This document shows, in pieces, positions 47,601 to 57,700 of a stretch of 64,000 bases of DNA. The stretch spans positions 3,327 to 67,326 of the forward strand of contig JAGYLJ010000003.1 of the NCBI GenBank assembly GCA_018401295.1. Reading direction: 5' to 3'. Numbering within the stretch: the first letter of the stretch is position 1; every line of letters begins with the position of its first letter. The notes under the pieces were generated by a model. That model was not told the origin of the DNA and ran no database searches. It saw nothing but the letters and a program-made list of their open reading frames with translations. Source of the stretch: a bacterium. Its GTDB lineage: Bacteria; Patescibacteriota; Minisyncoccia; Phycocordibacterales; UBA12079. A program made the translations under genes and the position numbers.

Positions 47601-47640
47601 TTAACCGCTCATATTCAGCTTCGAATTTCTTTATAGCCAT
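44638..47640 (-). CDS. UvrD/PcrA-family helicase fused to a C-terminal PD-(D/E)xK Cas4/AddB-like nuclease with a Cys4 Fe-S motif (single-chain AddA-like helicase-nuclease)
   Basis: VVAGPGTGKTQ (motif I), ALTFTNAG, VDEHQDTN, and YRFQGA...; the C-terminus carries YLQCPWSYFF ... VDYKTGK ... YKRQLVFYKLL ... CDDKDCEFC. Confidence 0.8.
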   Translation of the reverse strand: MAIKKFEAEYERLNSNQKKAVDAVEGTVMVVAGPGTGKTQILSLRIANILKQTDTEPENILALTFTNAGVFSMRKRLAEIIGSQAYRANIFTFHSFCEALVNEYGEEFEKISGAKLISPVEQLQIIEEIIEQGDFKKLRPWGDASYYINSLPSVISELKREAISVEKLNQILTKQEREFSQIEDLYHAKGKWKGQMKGKYKKEEKDLEKNKEVAVFYEEYEKRMRTGKLYDYDDVILETIAAMENNSDFLLTLQEKYQYILVDEHQDTNNSQNKILELLTNFFERPNLFIVGDEKQAIYRFQGASLKNFMFFKEKYEDVLMVNLLENYRSTQKILDSAHSLMGNTEEPGGFFGVSELKAMIGGSGVEILVYPFSEKEFEMRFLVEDIQKKIESGTKMNEIAVFYRNNNEVFEITKAMEKARVPFVIESKQDILADVDILKIVLLIKAVNGLGDNALLGEMLFVDFLGIDSLDIYKFVSFSQKNKIGLFDCLSSEKILEEAGVVDVEKLVGLYKKIEGWKKTAMNKDLVTCLEEIIYQSGYFDYVLRSEDSADKLHKINKLFDEAKKFVQEKANLKLSDFVKYLELLENYKLSIKTKSNDLFEGVRLMTAHSAKGLEFDVVYIVNAVDKHWGNNVLRNKFRLPINGIEQDNADERRLFFVALTRARKEVVITYARKKIDGRDQMPSQFLAEIDEKFIKEVDVNDLEVDFIKRFDVSGNSAKRENAGLKNKEYLNKLFLQRGLNATALNNYLQCPWSYFFKSLIKIPMAYNKNMAYGNVVHGTMEEFFENVRQGKKISQKMLLDIFKKNIDKGFLIESEKQEAQAKGEEALASYYTEYHKGWKKEILNEFNIKGILLELVGGQEVSLSGNLDKVELLEDGKVKVVDYKTGKIRSRNNLEGKTKDSNGDYKRQLVFYKLLLDRYNKGQYNMVMGEIDFIEPNENGKHQKELFEIESEEVIALEELIKNISQEILNLSFWDKKCDDKDCEFCKLREVMGGGSQK

Positions 47641-47893
47641 ATTTCTCTCTATTATACCACCCCCTTCCCTTTATTCCACCCAAAACACTTAAAAACGTGT
47701 GGGGGTTGAATCTGTGGAGGTCCAACTTCCACAGATTTTAACTCCTTCCACTTAGAAACCCAGTCTCCAAATAATCTACCGTACTCCAAATACGGTAAAA
47801 AATTCAACGCCCCCAATTTCGGCGCTTCAAGCGCCGAATTTACTAAAAGGCCAAGCCTCTCAGTAAACTGAAGATAACTCAAAAATCAAAAAA

Positions 47894-47914
47894 AGTAGGT
47901 GCTAAACACCTACT
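47894..47914 (-). terminator. Hairpin AGTAGGTG-CTAAA-CACCTACT followed by T7 on the minus strand, downstream of the oleate hydratase gene
   Basis: Read directly. Confidence 0.5.
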
Positions 47915-47947
47915 AAAACCTATATATATTCAAAAACCTTCAGTATC

Positions 47948-49543
47948 CTACCTAAACAAAGTCCTCAAAGCACTCAATAATACTCTTATATTCAAAAATC
48001 CATTATAAATAGGAACGGTTTCCTTCTTCAAGCCCAAAAGCCCAAAAACAGCTGTCTGAGCTGACCTAACAGCATATTCAACAGTAAAAACGACATCTTT
48101 TGGTATTTCACAATATTGACCTAAAAAGGCCAAATTAGCATAGCCCACAGGAATTACCAAAGGTCTATCCCCCGCTCGTCTAGGCAAGAAATGACTCGTT
48201 ACATAGGGCGTCATACAAGGAATACAGATCGCACTCTTTAATATTTCTTCTAAATACTCCTCAAAACCAAGATGGTAAATTAACTCCGTTAAAATTTCTT
48301 CCCCAGTGCATTCTGTCATTTTTTTCTTCACAAAATTTCCCTCCTTATCTGGAGATAAGCCCATCCCCCAACACAAATTTATTTCTTTTGGTTGATTAAT
48401 AAAATAAGGTTTGTAGGTCAACACAATAGACATAAACCAATTTGAATCAACCAAGTTAAGCCCTCCGTAGGTCGTCACTTTTTTATTAATAAATTTTCCA
48501 ATTAATTCAAAAAATATTGAATCTCTAAAAGTTATAGTAAAAGAAGTCCATTTAGATTTATTCACATCAGAATTGAAAACAGATGGCTTCCCAAACTCTG
48601 GTCTATTCTTTGAAATATTTTCCCAAAAAGTCCAAGCTGGACTTTTGTCCTTATCATAATTTAAAATCGGTACTCTAGTCATAGAACCAAAACTAGAATT
48701 AGTCACGATAGAACCTAATGTAACAAAAACATAATCATCCTCCTCTACCAAAACTCTACCAACCATCTCTCCTTTTTTGAAATAAATTTTACTTACTTTC
48801 TCTTCGCCTTTATCAGAATCAAAATCTAAATTAACAACCTCCGTCCCTAACACAAATTCAACTCCGTGTTCCTCCAACCAATCAACAATGGGCAAGACCA
48901 AAAACTCATATTGATTGTATGGGGCAATTTCTATTCCCTCTACAGTATCAATATTTGGAAAACTTTGAATAAATCTAATAAAATATCTTCTGAATTCAAT
49001 CAAACTATGCCAAGGTTGAAAAGCAAACACTGTACAAAACTCATACCAAAAATTAGACTTAAAAAAAGCTGGAGTAAAATGATCCTGAATTTCTAAATCA
49101 TTTAGAGAAGATTCTCTTTTTAACAATAAACTAAAAATTTTAAATCTATCCTTAAGTTTTAATCCTAGAGGTCTAGCATCAATTGCCTTCCCATTTTTTA
49201 ACAATCTTGATTTAGAATAAGATCTATTCTTTTGATTGAAATCAACAAATTCCTCTCTAATAGTTTTCCCAGGCATAGTCAAAGAAGGAATTTGAGACAT
49301 TAAATCAAAGACACAGGTAAAGGCCTTCTCCTCAAACATCCTAACCCCTCGCATCACATATCCATCACCCGATGATAGATCCTGAGAATCAAGACTCCCT
49401 CCTATTTTCTTAGATTGCTCAAAAATCTTTATATTTTCACCCCTAAAATCCCCGTCATTAATTAAATAAACAGCCGCCGCCAAAGACGAAATACCACCCC
49501 CCACCAAATACGCTTTTGAATTGTTTTTTTCTGATAATGCCAT
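47948..49543 (-). CDS. FAD-dependent fatty-acid (oleate) hydratase, MCRA family
   Basis: KAYLVGGGISSLAAAVYLINDG...IKIFEQSKKIGGSLD is the Rossmann GxGxxS plus MCRA N-terminus; about 530 aa. Confidence 0.65.
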   Translation of the reverse strand: MALSEKNNSKAYLVGGGISSLAAAVYLINDGDFRGENIKIFEQSKKIGGSLDSQDLSSGDGYVMRGVRMFEEKAFTCVFDLMSQIPSLTMPGKTIREEFVDFNQKNRSYSKSRLLKNGKAIDARPLGLKLKDRFKIFSLLLKRESSLNDLEIQDHFTPAFFKSNFWYEFCTVFAFQPWHSLIEFRRYFIRFIQSFPNIDTVEGIEIAPYNQYEFLVLPIVDWLEEHGVEFVLGTEVVNLDFDSDKGEEKVSKIYFKKGEMVGRVLVEEDDYVFVTLGSIVTNSSFGSMTRVPILNYDKDKSPAWTFWENISKNRPEFGKPSVFNSDVNKSKWTSFTITFRDSIFFELIGKFINKKVTTYGGLNLVDSNWFMSIVLTYKPYFINQPKEINLCWGMGLSPDKEGNFVKKKMTECTGEEILTELIYHLGFEEYLEEILKSAICIPCMTPYVTSHFLPRRAGDRPLVIPVGYANLAFLGQYCEIPKDVVFTVEYAVRSAQTAVFGLLGLKKETVPIYNGFLNIRVLLSALRTLFR

Positions 49544-49666
49544 AATCTAATGTTCAATCTCTACCTGTAGGTCCCTTAAATTATAACAATAATACGAAAA
49601 CCAAGCCAATTTGCGTCGCAAAAAAATATGTTATAATTTTATTATATAAATAATTAATAAAATCCT

Positions 49667-51370
49667 ATGAATCTTGAGTCACAACCAAATAGTGAGGGAA
49701 AAGAAGTCTTGAACAAGGAAGAGGAAAATAAACAAGTTAAGATGGAAACTCCCAGTTCTCTACTAGAAAGTGCTATCAAAAATATTGAACAAACTGGAGA
49801 AAACGATTCTTCAACAGAAATTCTCAAACAAACATTCCAAGACACTCTAAAGACTCTAGAAAGTGATGGAGAAACAACTAAAGAAGAACAAGAACTTAAC
49901 ATCTTCATTGCCTACCAAGGTTTGAAAGAAGTAGAACAATATGTAGACGAAGAAGATAGATCAAAACTTGATGAAATAAAAAACTCCCTAACGCAAAAAA
50001 TTCAGGAGTCATCTGGTATTGATTTAGAAGGAGAAGAGATAGGTGAAATGGAAGACCTAGATGAGAAATTAAAAGAATCAAAAAAAATCCTAGAAAAGTT
50101 TGCCACCGAAGGAACTCCTAATTCCCCAGAAGAAACTTCTGCTCAACAAGAAGAATTTGAAAAATATTTTAGTTTAAAACAAGAAATCAGTAAAAGACAA
50201 CAAGAAGTTTTAGGAAAACAAGAAAGTTTTTATAAACAATACGCTGAAAAAGTATCCGGATTTTTTGAAGGAATAGGCGCAAAGGTAGACAATTGGACGC
50301 TTGGAAATAAGTTAACTAATTTTATAGGAGAACACAAACTAGCTAGTAAAACTATGAAAACGGCTACTGCAGGCCTTCTAGCCTTTGGAGCTTTGGGAGC
50401 AATAGATTTATTTAATCCTGACACCAGCGAGGCAGCCGAAACAAATGATCAAGAAAAAAACGATTTTGTGACCATGATGAAAGCCCGTGGGATGAGCGAA
50501 GAAGATGCACAAAAGGTTTACGAATCGCAAATGGCTAAGATTAATAGTTTTAACCAAGAGAATGTTGGAAACACCATAGAAGATTCAATTATTAAAGGTG
50601 AAATTGAACTTAAGATAGGTAATGAAAAAAATATTCACGTTAATGAAAGAAGCCAGGAACAGGGGGAACTAGACTTTGTCAAAGGAGCAAGAACAAATTC
50701 TGTGGAATACGGTTATTATTATTCAAATGGAAATTGGTCCGCCGCTTCTAATACAATCGAAGGTAATGCTATTGACGTCGATAAAAATTTTTTGAACAAG
50801 TCTCTAGAAAAACTAAAACAAGTCAATGATTCTCAAGGGGAAAGTACAAAAGAAATCTATCATTATCACATACACCCCGCTAGCGTTGCTCTCTTCGAAA
50901 AATTTGGGGAAATCGGCGAAATTCGACCAGTGCCACCAAGCCTTGCCGATATAGATTTTTATGCCAAACAAGAAAATGCTCTAGAAAAAGATGGCGTCGA
51001 ATTTAAAGGAAAGGTGGCAGATTTAACGGGAGTCTGGACAATAAACTCCGTCGACCTAGAAAAAATGGGTCAAATCTTTTTAGAAAAAGTAAGAGCGGGG
51101 GAAGCCAGTAACCGTGACGACCTTTACGCCCCTATTATCAATAAGTATATTTTTGGAAAAGAATTTAAACTAGAAAATATTGATGAGTTTACAAAGGAAA
51201 TGAAAACATTAGGAATAGACTTAGAATACAAAGCCACAGAGAAAGATGCTCTAAATGATAGGAAAAAAGGCCTAAAAAACTTAACTGAAGAATACCTCAA
51301 AACCAACGATTTGAATAAAGATAAACTCCCCCCTAACCTCTCATCATACTTTAAAAAAATCCTTGGATAA
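49667..51370 (+). CDS. Large hypothetical protein: acidic coiled-coil N-terminal half, one central hydrophobic helix, and a C-terminal domain with an HYHIHP...PSLAD motif
   Basis: ORF only. TATAGLLAFGALGAIDLF is the hydrophobic segment. EIYHYHIHP-x19-PSLADID loosely resembles a JAMM/JAB metal site with an insertion; this is weak. Confidence 0.45.
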   Translation: MNLESQPNSEGKEVLNKEEENKQVKMETPSSLLESAIKNIEQTGENDSSTEILKQTFQDTLKTLESDGETTKEEQELNIFIAYQGLKEVEQYVDEEDRSKLDEIKNSLTQKIQESSGIDLEGEEIGEMEDLDEKLKESKKILEKFATEGTPNSPEETSAQQEEFEKYFSLKQEISKRQQEVLGKQESFYKQYAEKVSGFFEGIGAKVDNWTLGNKLTNFIGEHKLASKTMKTATAGLLAFGALGAIDLFNPDTSEAAETNDQEKNDFVTMMKARGMSEEDAQKVYESQMAKINSFNQENVGNTIEDSIIKGEIELKIGNEKNIHVNERSQEQGELDFVKGARTNSVEYGYYYSNGNWSAASNTIEGNAIDVDKNFLNKSLEKLKQVNDSQGESTKEIYHYHIHPASVALFEKFGEIGEIRPVPPSLADIDFYAKQENALEKDGVEFKGKVADLTGVWTINSVDLEKMGQIFLEKVRAGEASNRDDLYAPIINKYIFGKEFKLENIDEFTKEMKTLGIDLEYKATEKDALNDRKKGLKNLTEEYLKTNDLNKDKLPPNLSSYFKKILG

Positions 51371-51384
51371 TTTAAATAAAAACT

Positions 51385-51651
51385 ATGGAAAAAATATTAA
51401 ATGAACTACCACAAAATATAAAAGAAAAAATAATTGAAATTGGTGAACAGGATCAAGAATTATACTCAATTATACTGAATAAACTCATCAGACTTAAAAT
51501 AACAGCGGGTACCGGAAACTTAAAAATTTGGGAAAAAATTCAAGAGGAAGAAGAAAACCTTCTAGAAATTTTATTGGGAGAATTAAACAAACAAGAAAAA
51601 ATAGAAAAAATAAGGGAGGAACTTAAAAATCAAAATCCCTCAAACGATTAA
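51385..51651 (+). CDS. Small hypothetical acidic protein (88 aa); 3' end overlaps the convergent rpoD
   Basis: ORF only; it follows 49667-51370 after a 14-nt gap. Confidence 0.3.
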   Translation: MEKILNELPQNIKEKIIEIGEQDQELYSIILNKLIRLKITAGTGNLKIWEKIQEEEENLLEILLGELNKQEKIEKIREELKNQNPSND

Positions 51652-52882
51652 TCTTTTCATTTTGTCTTATTTTTTCATGAGCTTTCGCTTCAATTTGACG
51701 AATTCTTTCTCTAGTCACCCCAAATTCTTTACCGACTTCTTCCAAAGTACAATAGACTCCATCCCCAATTCCATTACGCATTTCTAAAATCTTTTTTTCT
51801 TTAAAAGTTAAGTCGTTTAAAACATCTCTAATCTGATCAGCTAAAATTCTTTTAGACACTTTTTGCTCAGGAGAATCAATTTTATCATCAGGTGTAAAAT
51901 CCTCTAGGGTTGATTTACCATCACCGTCTTCCCCTCCTATAGGGTTCTCTAATGAAACAATCTTTCTATCTATCCTTAAAATATTGTGAACTTTATCCAC
52001 AGTTAAATCCATCTCCACAGCAATTTCTTCTGGTAAAGGCTTCCTGCCTAACTCCTGTGATAATCTTCTAACTGTTTGTTTATATTTAGCAATTGTCTCA
52101 ACCATATGAACTGGAATTCTAATTGTTCTAGACTGATCAGCTAGAGCACGAGTGATAGCCTGTCTAATCCACCAAGTTGCATAAGTAGAAAACTTAAATC
52201 CTTTAGTCCAATCAAATTTTTCTACCGCCTTAAACAAACCTAAACTTCCCTCTTGAATTAAATCTAACAAAGTTAAATCAGAACTTCTCCCCATATATTT
52301 CTTAGCAATAGAAACTACCAAACGCAAATTGGCACGAGCTAATAAATTCTTAGCCTCTTCATCACCTGCTTCAATTCTTTGTGCTAAAGATTTCTCTTGA
52401 GCCTGAGTTAAGAGCTCATATCGTCCAATTTCCTTTAAATACATTTGAATAGAATCTCCAGAACCACGATCATATTTTTCTGGTTTTCTCAAAAGATCTT
52501 CAGACTCTGCATCTAAAATACCTTTATTTTCTAAAACATCAATCCCCATTTTATCAAAATTTTCATAGACTTCCTCAAGGAAAAACAAATCATTCTCCAC
52601 ATATGGAAACTCTTTAAGAATATTATCAAAAGTCACAAAACCCATTTCTTTTCCTTTCTTCATAAGACTGTCTATCTTTTCTTTTTTCTCAGCGTCTTTC
52701 TTCGTTATTTTCTTAACTTTCTTTACAACCGTTTTTTTAACTGATTTCGCTTTCTTTGTTAAAACCTTTTTTGGTTTTTTTATTGAAACTTTCTTCTTTA
52801 CAGCAACTTTCTTTACAGGTTTTTTTAGTACCTTTTTTTTTACTGTCTTTTTCTTCATTTCTTTTTTAATTTTCTTTGGCAT
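51623..52882 (-). CDS. rpoD: RNA polymerase sigma-70 factor with a Lys-rich (histone H1-like KKxVKK repeat) N-terminal extension
   Basis: [40 protein letters not shown] (region 2), [23 protein letters not shown] (region 4). Confidence 0.9.
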   Translation of the reverse strand: MPKKIKKEMKKKTVKKKVLKKPVKKVAVKKKVSIKKPKKVLTKKAKSVKKTVVKKVKKITKKDAEKKEKIDSLMKKGKEMGFVTFDNILKEFPYVENDLFFLEEVYENFDKMGIDVLENKGILDAESEDLLRKPEKYDRGSGDSIQMYLKEIGRYELLTQAQEKSLAQRIEAGDEEAKNLLARANLRLVVSIAKKYMGRSSDLTLLDLIQEGSLGLFKAVEKFDWTKGFKFSTYATWWIRQAITRALADQSRTIRIPVHMVETIAKYKQTVRRLSQELGRKPLPEEIAVEMDLTVDKVHNILRIDRKIVSLENPIGGEDGDGKSTLEDFTPDDKIDSPEQKVSKRILADQIRDVLNDLTFKEKKILEMRNGIGDGVYCTLEEVGKEFGVTRERIRQIEAKAHEKIRQNEKINRLRDFDF

Positions 52883-52901
52883 AATAATTTTGTTTAGTTA
52901 G

Positions 52902-54635
52902 TTATTTAAATTTATTTCTTTGTTTTGATAATTTGTCATAATCTTTCAAATACTTTAAAGCCTCTTCCTTGTCTCCTGCCTTTTCAGCCTTTTTTTGTTC
53001 TACAATTACGTCTTTTATCTTTTCATCTATTAATTCAATTTTTAAATTATTAAATAACTCTCTAATCTTTTTGTCTGTATTTTCAAAATCACCGTATAAA
53101 ATTTCTACCTCAAAAGTAATCTCATCTTTTATCTTCTCACTTAAATTTTCAATTTTTTCAAAAACTTCGTCTCCTATAATATCTTTAATTTCTTTCCTAA
53201 AATCCTCAAGATTTAAAATAGGTTTTTCTGAATTTTTCTGCCACCAATATATCCCTGATATTTGCCTTAAAATAATTTGTCTCCTATTTTTTTTACCCTC
53301 TGAGGATAATTTTTTACCCAGACTTTGTTTTACATAAGGGGTTGCTAATCTTAAAAAGTCCTCTTTATTAATTTTGTTCAATTCAACCCAAATTACCTTA
53401 GCTGTAACTCCCAATTTCTCAGCTATATCTTCCACAAAATTAGCCTTCTCTATTTCACTTTCAATCAATACCACAAAAGGTAACACTTTCTCTTGCACTG
53501 CCTGACCTAACTTACGTTTGTCACTAATTTCACTTATTAATTTATCTAAATAAAAATCAACAATATGTTTGGCTTCTTTTAATGCTTTCTGCCAACCTTC
53601 CCTATCTCTTAAAATAAAGTCAGCAGGATCTTGGCCCTCAGGAATATTCATCAACCGAACTTCCATGGCTTCTATCAAAGCCAATCTTGTGGCTTTACTG
53701 GCTGAAATAAAACCAGCGTTATCACCATCAAAAGCCACTACAATTCTATTTGATAGACGTTTTAAAAGATTTAAGTGCCCTTGACTTAATGCGGTTCCAG
53801 AACTGGCGACAGTATTATCATAGCCAGCTTGATGACATATTAGAAGATCCATTTGACCTTCAACCAAAATTGAAAAATTTTTTTTTCTGATAGCTAGCTT
53901 GGCAAAATTATAACCATACAAAATATTTGATTTACTAAATAAAATGGTCTCAGGACTATTCAAATATTTCGCAGTAATCACTCCCTCTTTTTCATCTTTT
54001 CCAAAAAACCTACCTGAAAAAGCTACTGGGCGATTTGAATTGTCAAATAGCGGAAAAATTATTCTATTTCTAAATCTATCATAAAACCTATCCCCCTTTT
54101 CACTTCTTTTAACTAAACCAGCCTTTTCCATCTCTATATCACTATATTTTTTTTGCTTCAAAAAAAGATACAGACCCTGCCAACCTTCTTCTGCAAAACC
54201 TAATCTAAATTTCTTAATAATCTGATCCGTTATACCGCGTTTCTTTAGATATTCTAAGGCTTCCCTATTTCTCTCTAAATTATTTTCGAAGTAAACTGTA
54301 GCTTCCTCCAAAGCACTATAAATTCTTCTACTCTCATCAACTTTTTTTGGGTCTTCTTTTTCTAAACTAACCCCAGCTTTTTCCGCCAAAATATTAAGAG
54401 CCCCTTTGAAATCAACACCTTCATATTTTTCTATGAACGAAAAGATATCTCCTCCTTCACCACAACCGAAACATTTATAAGTTCCCCTTGTTGGTGACAG
54501 AAAAAAAGAAGGTGTTTTTTCATTGTGAAAAGGACAACATGCTTTCAAATTTAAACCAGCTTTTTCTAATTTGATGTAGGATCCAACCACATCAACTATA
54601 TTCAACCGATCTTTTATTTTTTCAACGTTATCCAC
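52902..54635 (-). CDS. dnaG: DNA primase
   Basis: CPFHNEKTPSF zinc ribbon and a TOPRIM domain (EGQMDLL...DGDNAG). Confidence 0.9.
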   Translation of the reverse strand: MDNVEKIKDRLNIVDVVGSYIKLEKAGLNLKACCPFHNEKTPSFFLSPTRGTYKCFGCGEGGDIFSFIEKYEGVDFKGALNILAEKAGVSLEKEDPKKVDESRRIYSALEEATVYFENNLERNREALEYLKKRGITDQIIKKFRLGFAEEGWQGLYLFLKQKKYSDIEMEKAGLVKRSEKGDRFYDRFRNRIIFPLFDNSNRPVAFSGRFFGKDEKEGVITAKYLNSPETILFSKSNILYGYNFAKLAIRKKNFSILVEGQMDLLICHQAGYDNTVASSGTALSQGHLNLLKRLSNRIVVAFDGDNAGFISASKATRLALIEAMEVRLMNIPEGQDPADFILRDREGWQKALKEAKHIVDFYLDKLISEISDKRKLGQAVQEKVLPFVVLIESEIEKANFVEDIAEKLGVTAKVIWVELNKINKEDFLRLATPYVKQSLGKKLSSEGKKNRRQIILRQISGIYWWQKNSEKPILNLEDFRKEIKDIIGDEVFEKIENLSEKIKDEITFEVEILYGDFENTDKKIRELFNNLKIELIDEKIKDVIVEQKKAEKAGDKEEALKYLKDYDKLSKQRNKFK

Positions 54636-54702
54636 AGTAAATATTTGGTACTAAATACTTCTCATAAAATAATCTTTATTTTATAATATACGCTATTTGG
54701 TG

Positions 54703-57700
54703 CTAGCTCCTTTCAATTTCCTCCTCTGGTTCATCTATCTCCTCTATCATTTTCCATTTTTCGCTACCCTCAAAACCAGAACCGGCTGGTACCAATCTAC
54801 CTATAATAATATTCTCTTTCAGACCAACTAAATCATCCACGGCTCCCCCAATTGAAGCATTAATCAGCATTTTAGTAGTATTTTGGAAAGAAACAGAAGA
54901 AAGGAAACTTTCTCTTGTTAGAGACGTTTCAGTAATACCTAAAACTAATGAGATTCCTTTGGCCTCTTCTAACCCTGCTTCTCTAGCTTTTACATTTTCT
55001 CGATTTAACTCAGTATCTTCAACAATACTACCAACAGCAAGGGAGGTTCCACCAGATGATTTGATTTTTTTACGAGACATCATCTGCTTTATAATCACTT
55101 CAATATGTTTTCGTGAAGTAGATGCGCCTTGTAATTCATAAATTTTAATTGTTTCTCTAATTATGTACTCCTGAGCTTTCTCTTTCCCGGCATACCTAAA
55201 TAACTCTGCTATATCTGCTGAACCGTCTGTCAAAATATCACCTTTTTTAACACGGTCTCCAATTTTTACCAATAGGGTCCTGTTATATGGGATAGCATAG
55301 GAAACCTGCTGTTTACCTTTAGCCGTAGCTGAACGGCTATCAATATCAGGCATAATAATTAATTTTCTCTCTTTACTATCTTCATCAAAATCAGTCACTA
55401 TTCCATTAATTTTACTAACAGTAGCTAAAGACTTAGGAATTCTCCTCTCAAAAATTTCCTCAACCCTTGGTAACCCTTGTGTAATGTCACCACCAACAGA
55501 AGCTGTTCCCCCTGTGTGGAAGGTTCTCATGGTCAACTGAGTACCAGGTTCACCAATGGCCTGAGCAGCGATAGTTCCGACAGCTTCACCTAAATCAACC
55601 AACTCATTGGTTCCAAAATCTGTTCCATAACATTTTTGACAAATACCACGGAAAGTTCCACAGGTCATCGGTGATCTAACATCAACTGATTCAATTCCTA
55701 ATCCCTCAATTGTTTTAGCGTCATCTTCAGTAACTAAATGGCCTTTCTTAAACAAAACTTTTCCTTCTTTATCTTCGATTTTTTTAGCTAGGACTCTTCC
55801 TCTAATATTTTTAGCCAAAGATATTTCTATACCAGATAATTGTTCTTTTTTGAGGTTAATATAATTATTTGTTCCACAATCATCTTCGATGATAACCACA
55901 TCCTGAGCCACATCAAATAATTTTCTAGTCAAATAACCTGCTTTTGACGTATTCAAAGCCGTATCTGCCAAACCTTTTCGTGAACCATGGGTAGTAGTAA
56001 AGTACTCGATAGGAGTTAACCCTTCTTTCAAACAAGAAATAACTGGGGTTTCAATTGTCTCACCAGCCGTATTTTGAATTAGACCTCTCATCCCAGCCAT
56101 CTGAGTAAATTGGCCCAAAGAACCTCTGGCACCAGAAATCCACATATTATAAGCAGAACCATGTTTATCTAACGTCTCTGGAATAAGACTTTCTAACTCA
56201 TCCTTAGCTGCGTGCCACAATTCTATATTCTTCCTTCTCCTTTCATCTTGAGTTAAGAGACCATCATTATATTGGGACCAAACGATATTTGATTTCTCTT
56301 TAGTTCTATCAACGATCTCATACTTACTCTTAGGAATAGTCACGTTATCAATTCCCCAAGTAATCCCTGATTTCGTAGCATATTTAAATCCAAAGTCTTT
56401 TATTTTACCAAGTACTGGAGCAATATTTTTCATTCCATACATCTTAATCAGATTATTTGTTATCTGTGAAATTTCTTTTTTACCAACTTTATCATTTATG
56501 TAAGGATAATCTTTCGGTAAAATACTATTGAAAAGTAATCTCCCGGCAGTTGTTTCAAAAACTTCACCTTTAAATTCGGCATACCTAGGACTATCAGACG
56601 GCAAAACTTTAATTAGAGTCCCATAATCAATTACTCCAAAATCACAAGCTGTAATAGCTTCATTTACACTTGAAAAAAACTTATTTTCTCTTTTATCCCC
56701 TTCAACCACTTTAGTCATCCAGTAACAACCTAAAGCCATATCCATTTTAGGATCAACAATTGGACTACCAGTACCAGGTTTTAAAATATTTTTATCAGCC
56801 GCCATAATTTCCCTTGCCTCTGCCTGAGCTTTATTTGTCAAAGGAACATGAACAGCCATCATATCACCATCGAAGTCAGCGTTGAAAGCAGAACAAACTA
56901 ATGGGTGAACTTGAATAGCCATTCCTTCTATTAGAAGAGGACGAAAAGCCTGAATACCCAGACGGTGCAAAGTCGGAGCTCTATTCAATAAAACATATTT
57001 ATCTTTAATAACATCTTCCAAGATAGCCCATACTTCGGGACTGCCCTCTTCAATCAATCTACCTGCCCATTTTATATTATGAGCTAATTCATCTTTCAAT
57101 ATTCTAGAAATAACGAAAGGTCTAAACAATTCAAGTGCCATGAATTTAGGTAAGCCACACTCATCTAAATTTAAGTCAGGACCAACAACAATAACTGATC
57201 GCCCTGAGTAATCAACTCTTTTTCCAAGAAGGTTTTGTCTAAACAAGCCCTGTTTCCCTTTCAAGTTATCTGACAAAGATTTAAGAGGTCTTCTTTGAGC
57301 TTGGCTCATAACCGACGATGAACCAGTGTATTTAATAGAGTTATCTATCAAAGAGTCCACTGCCTCCTGTAAAATTCTTTTTTCGTTTCTTAAAATAACG
57401 TCGGGTGCATTAATTTCTTGCAACTTCTTAAGACGATTATTCCTATTAATTACCCTTCTATATAAATCATTTACATCTGAAGTTGCGTGTCTTCCTCCCC
57501 CCAAAACAACCATAGGACGAAGAGCTGGAGGAATAACAGGAACACGAGTAAGAAACATCCATTCCGGTCTTGTCTTAGATCTAATCAAAGATTCAATTAA
57601 TTCTAAACGTTTATTTACTTTTTCTGTCTTTATGGATCCAGCCTTGACCAAACCATTCTCTAATTCTTCTTTTAACTTTTCAAGATCTATTTGTTTACAA

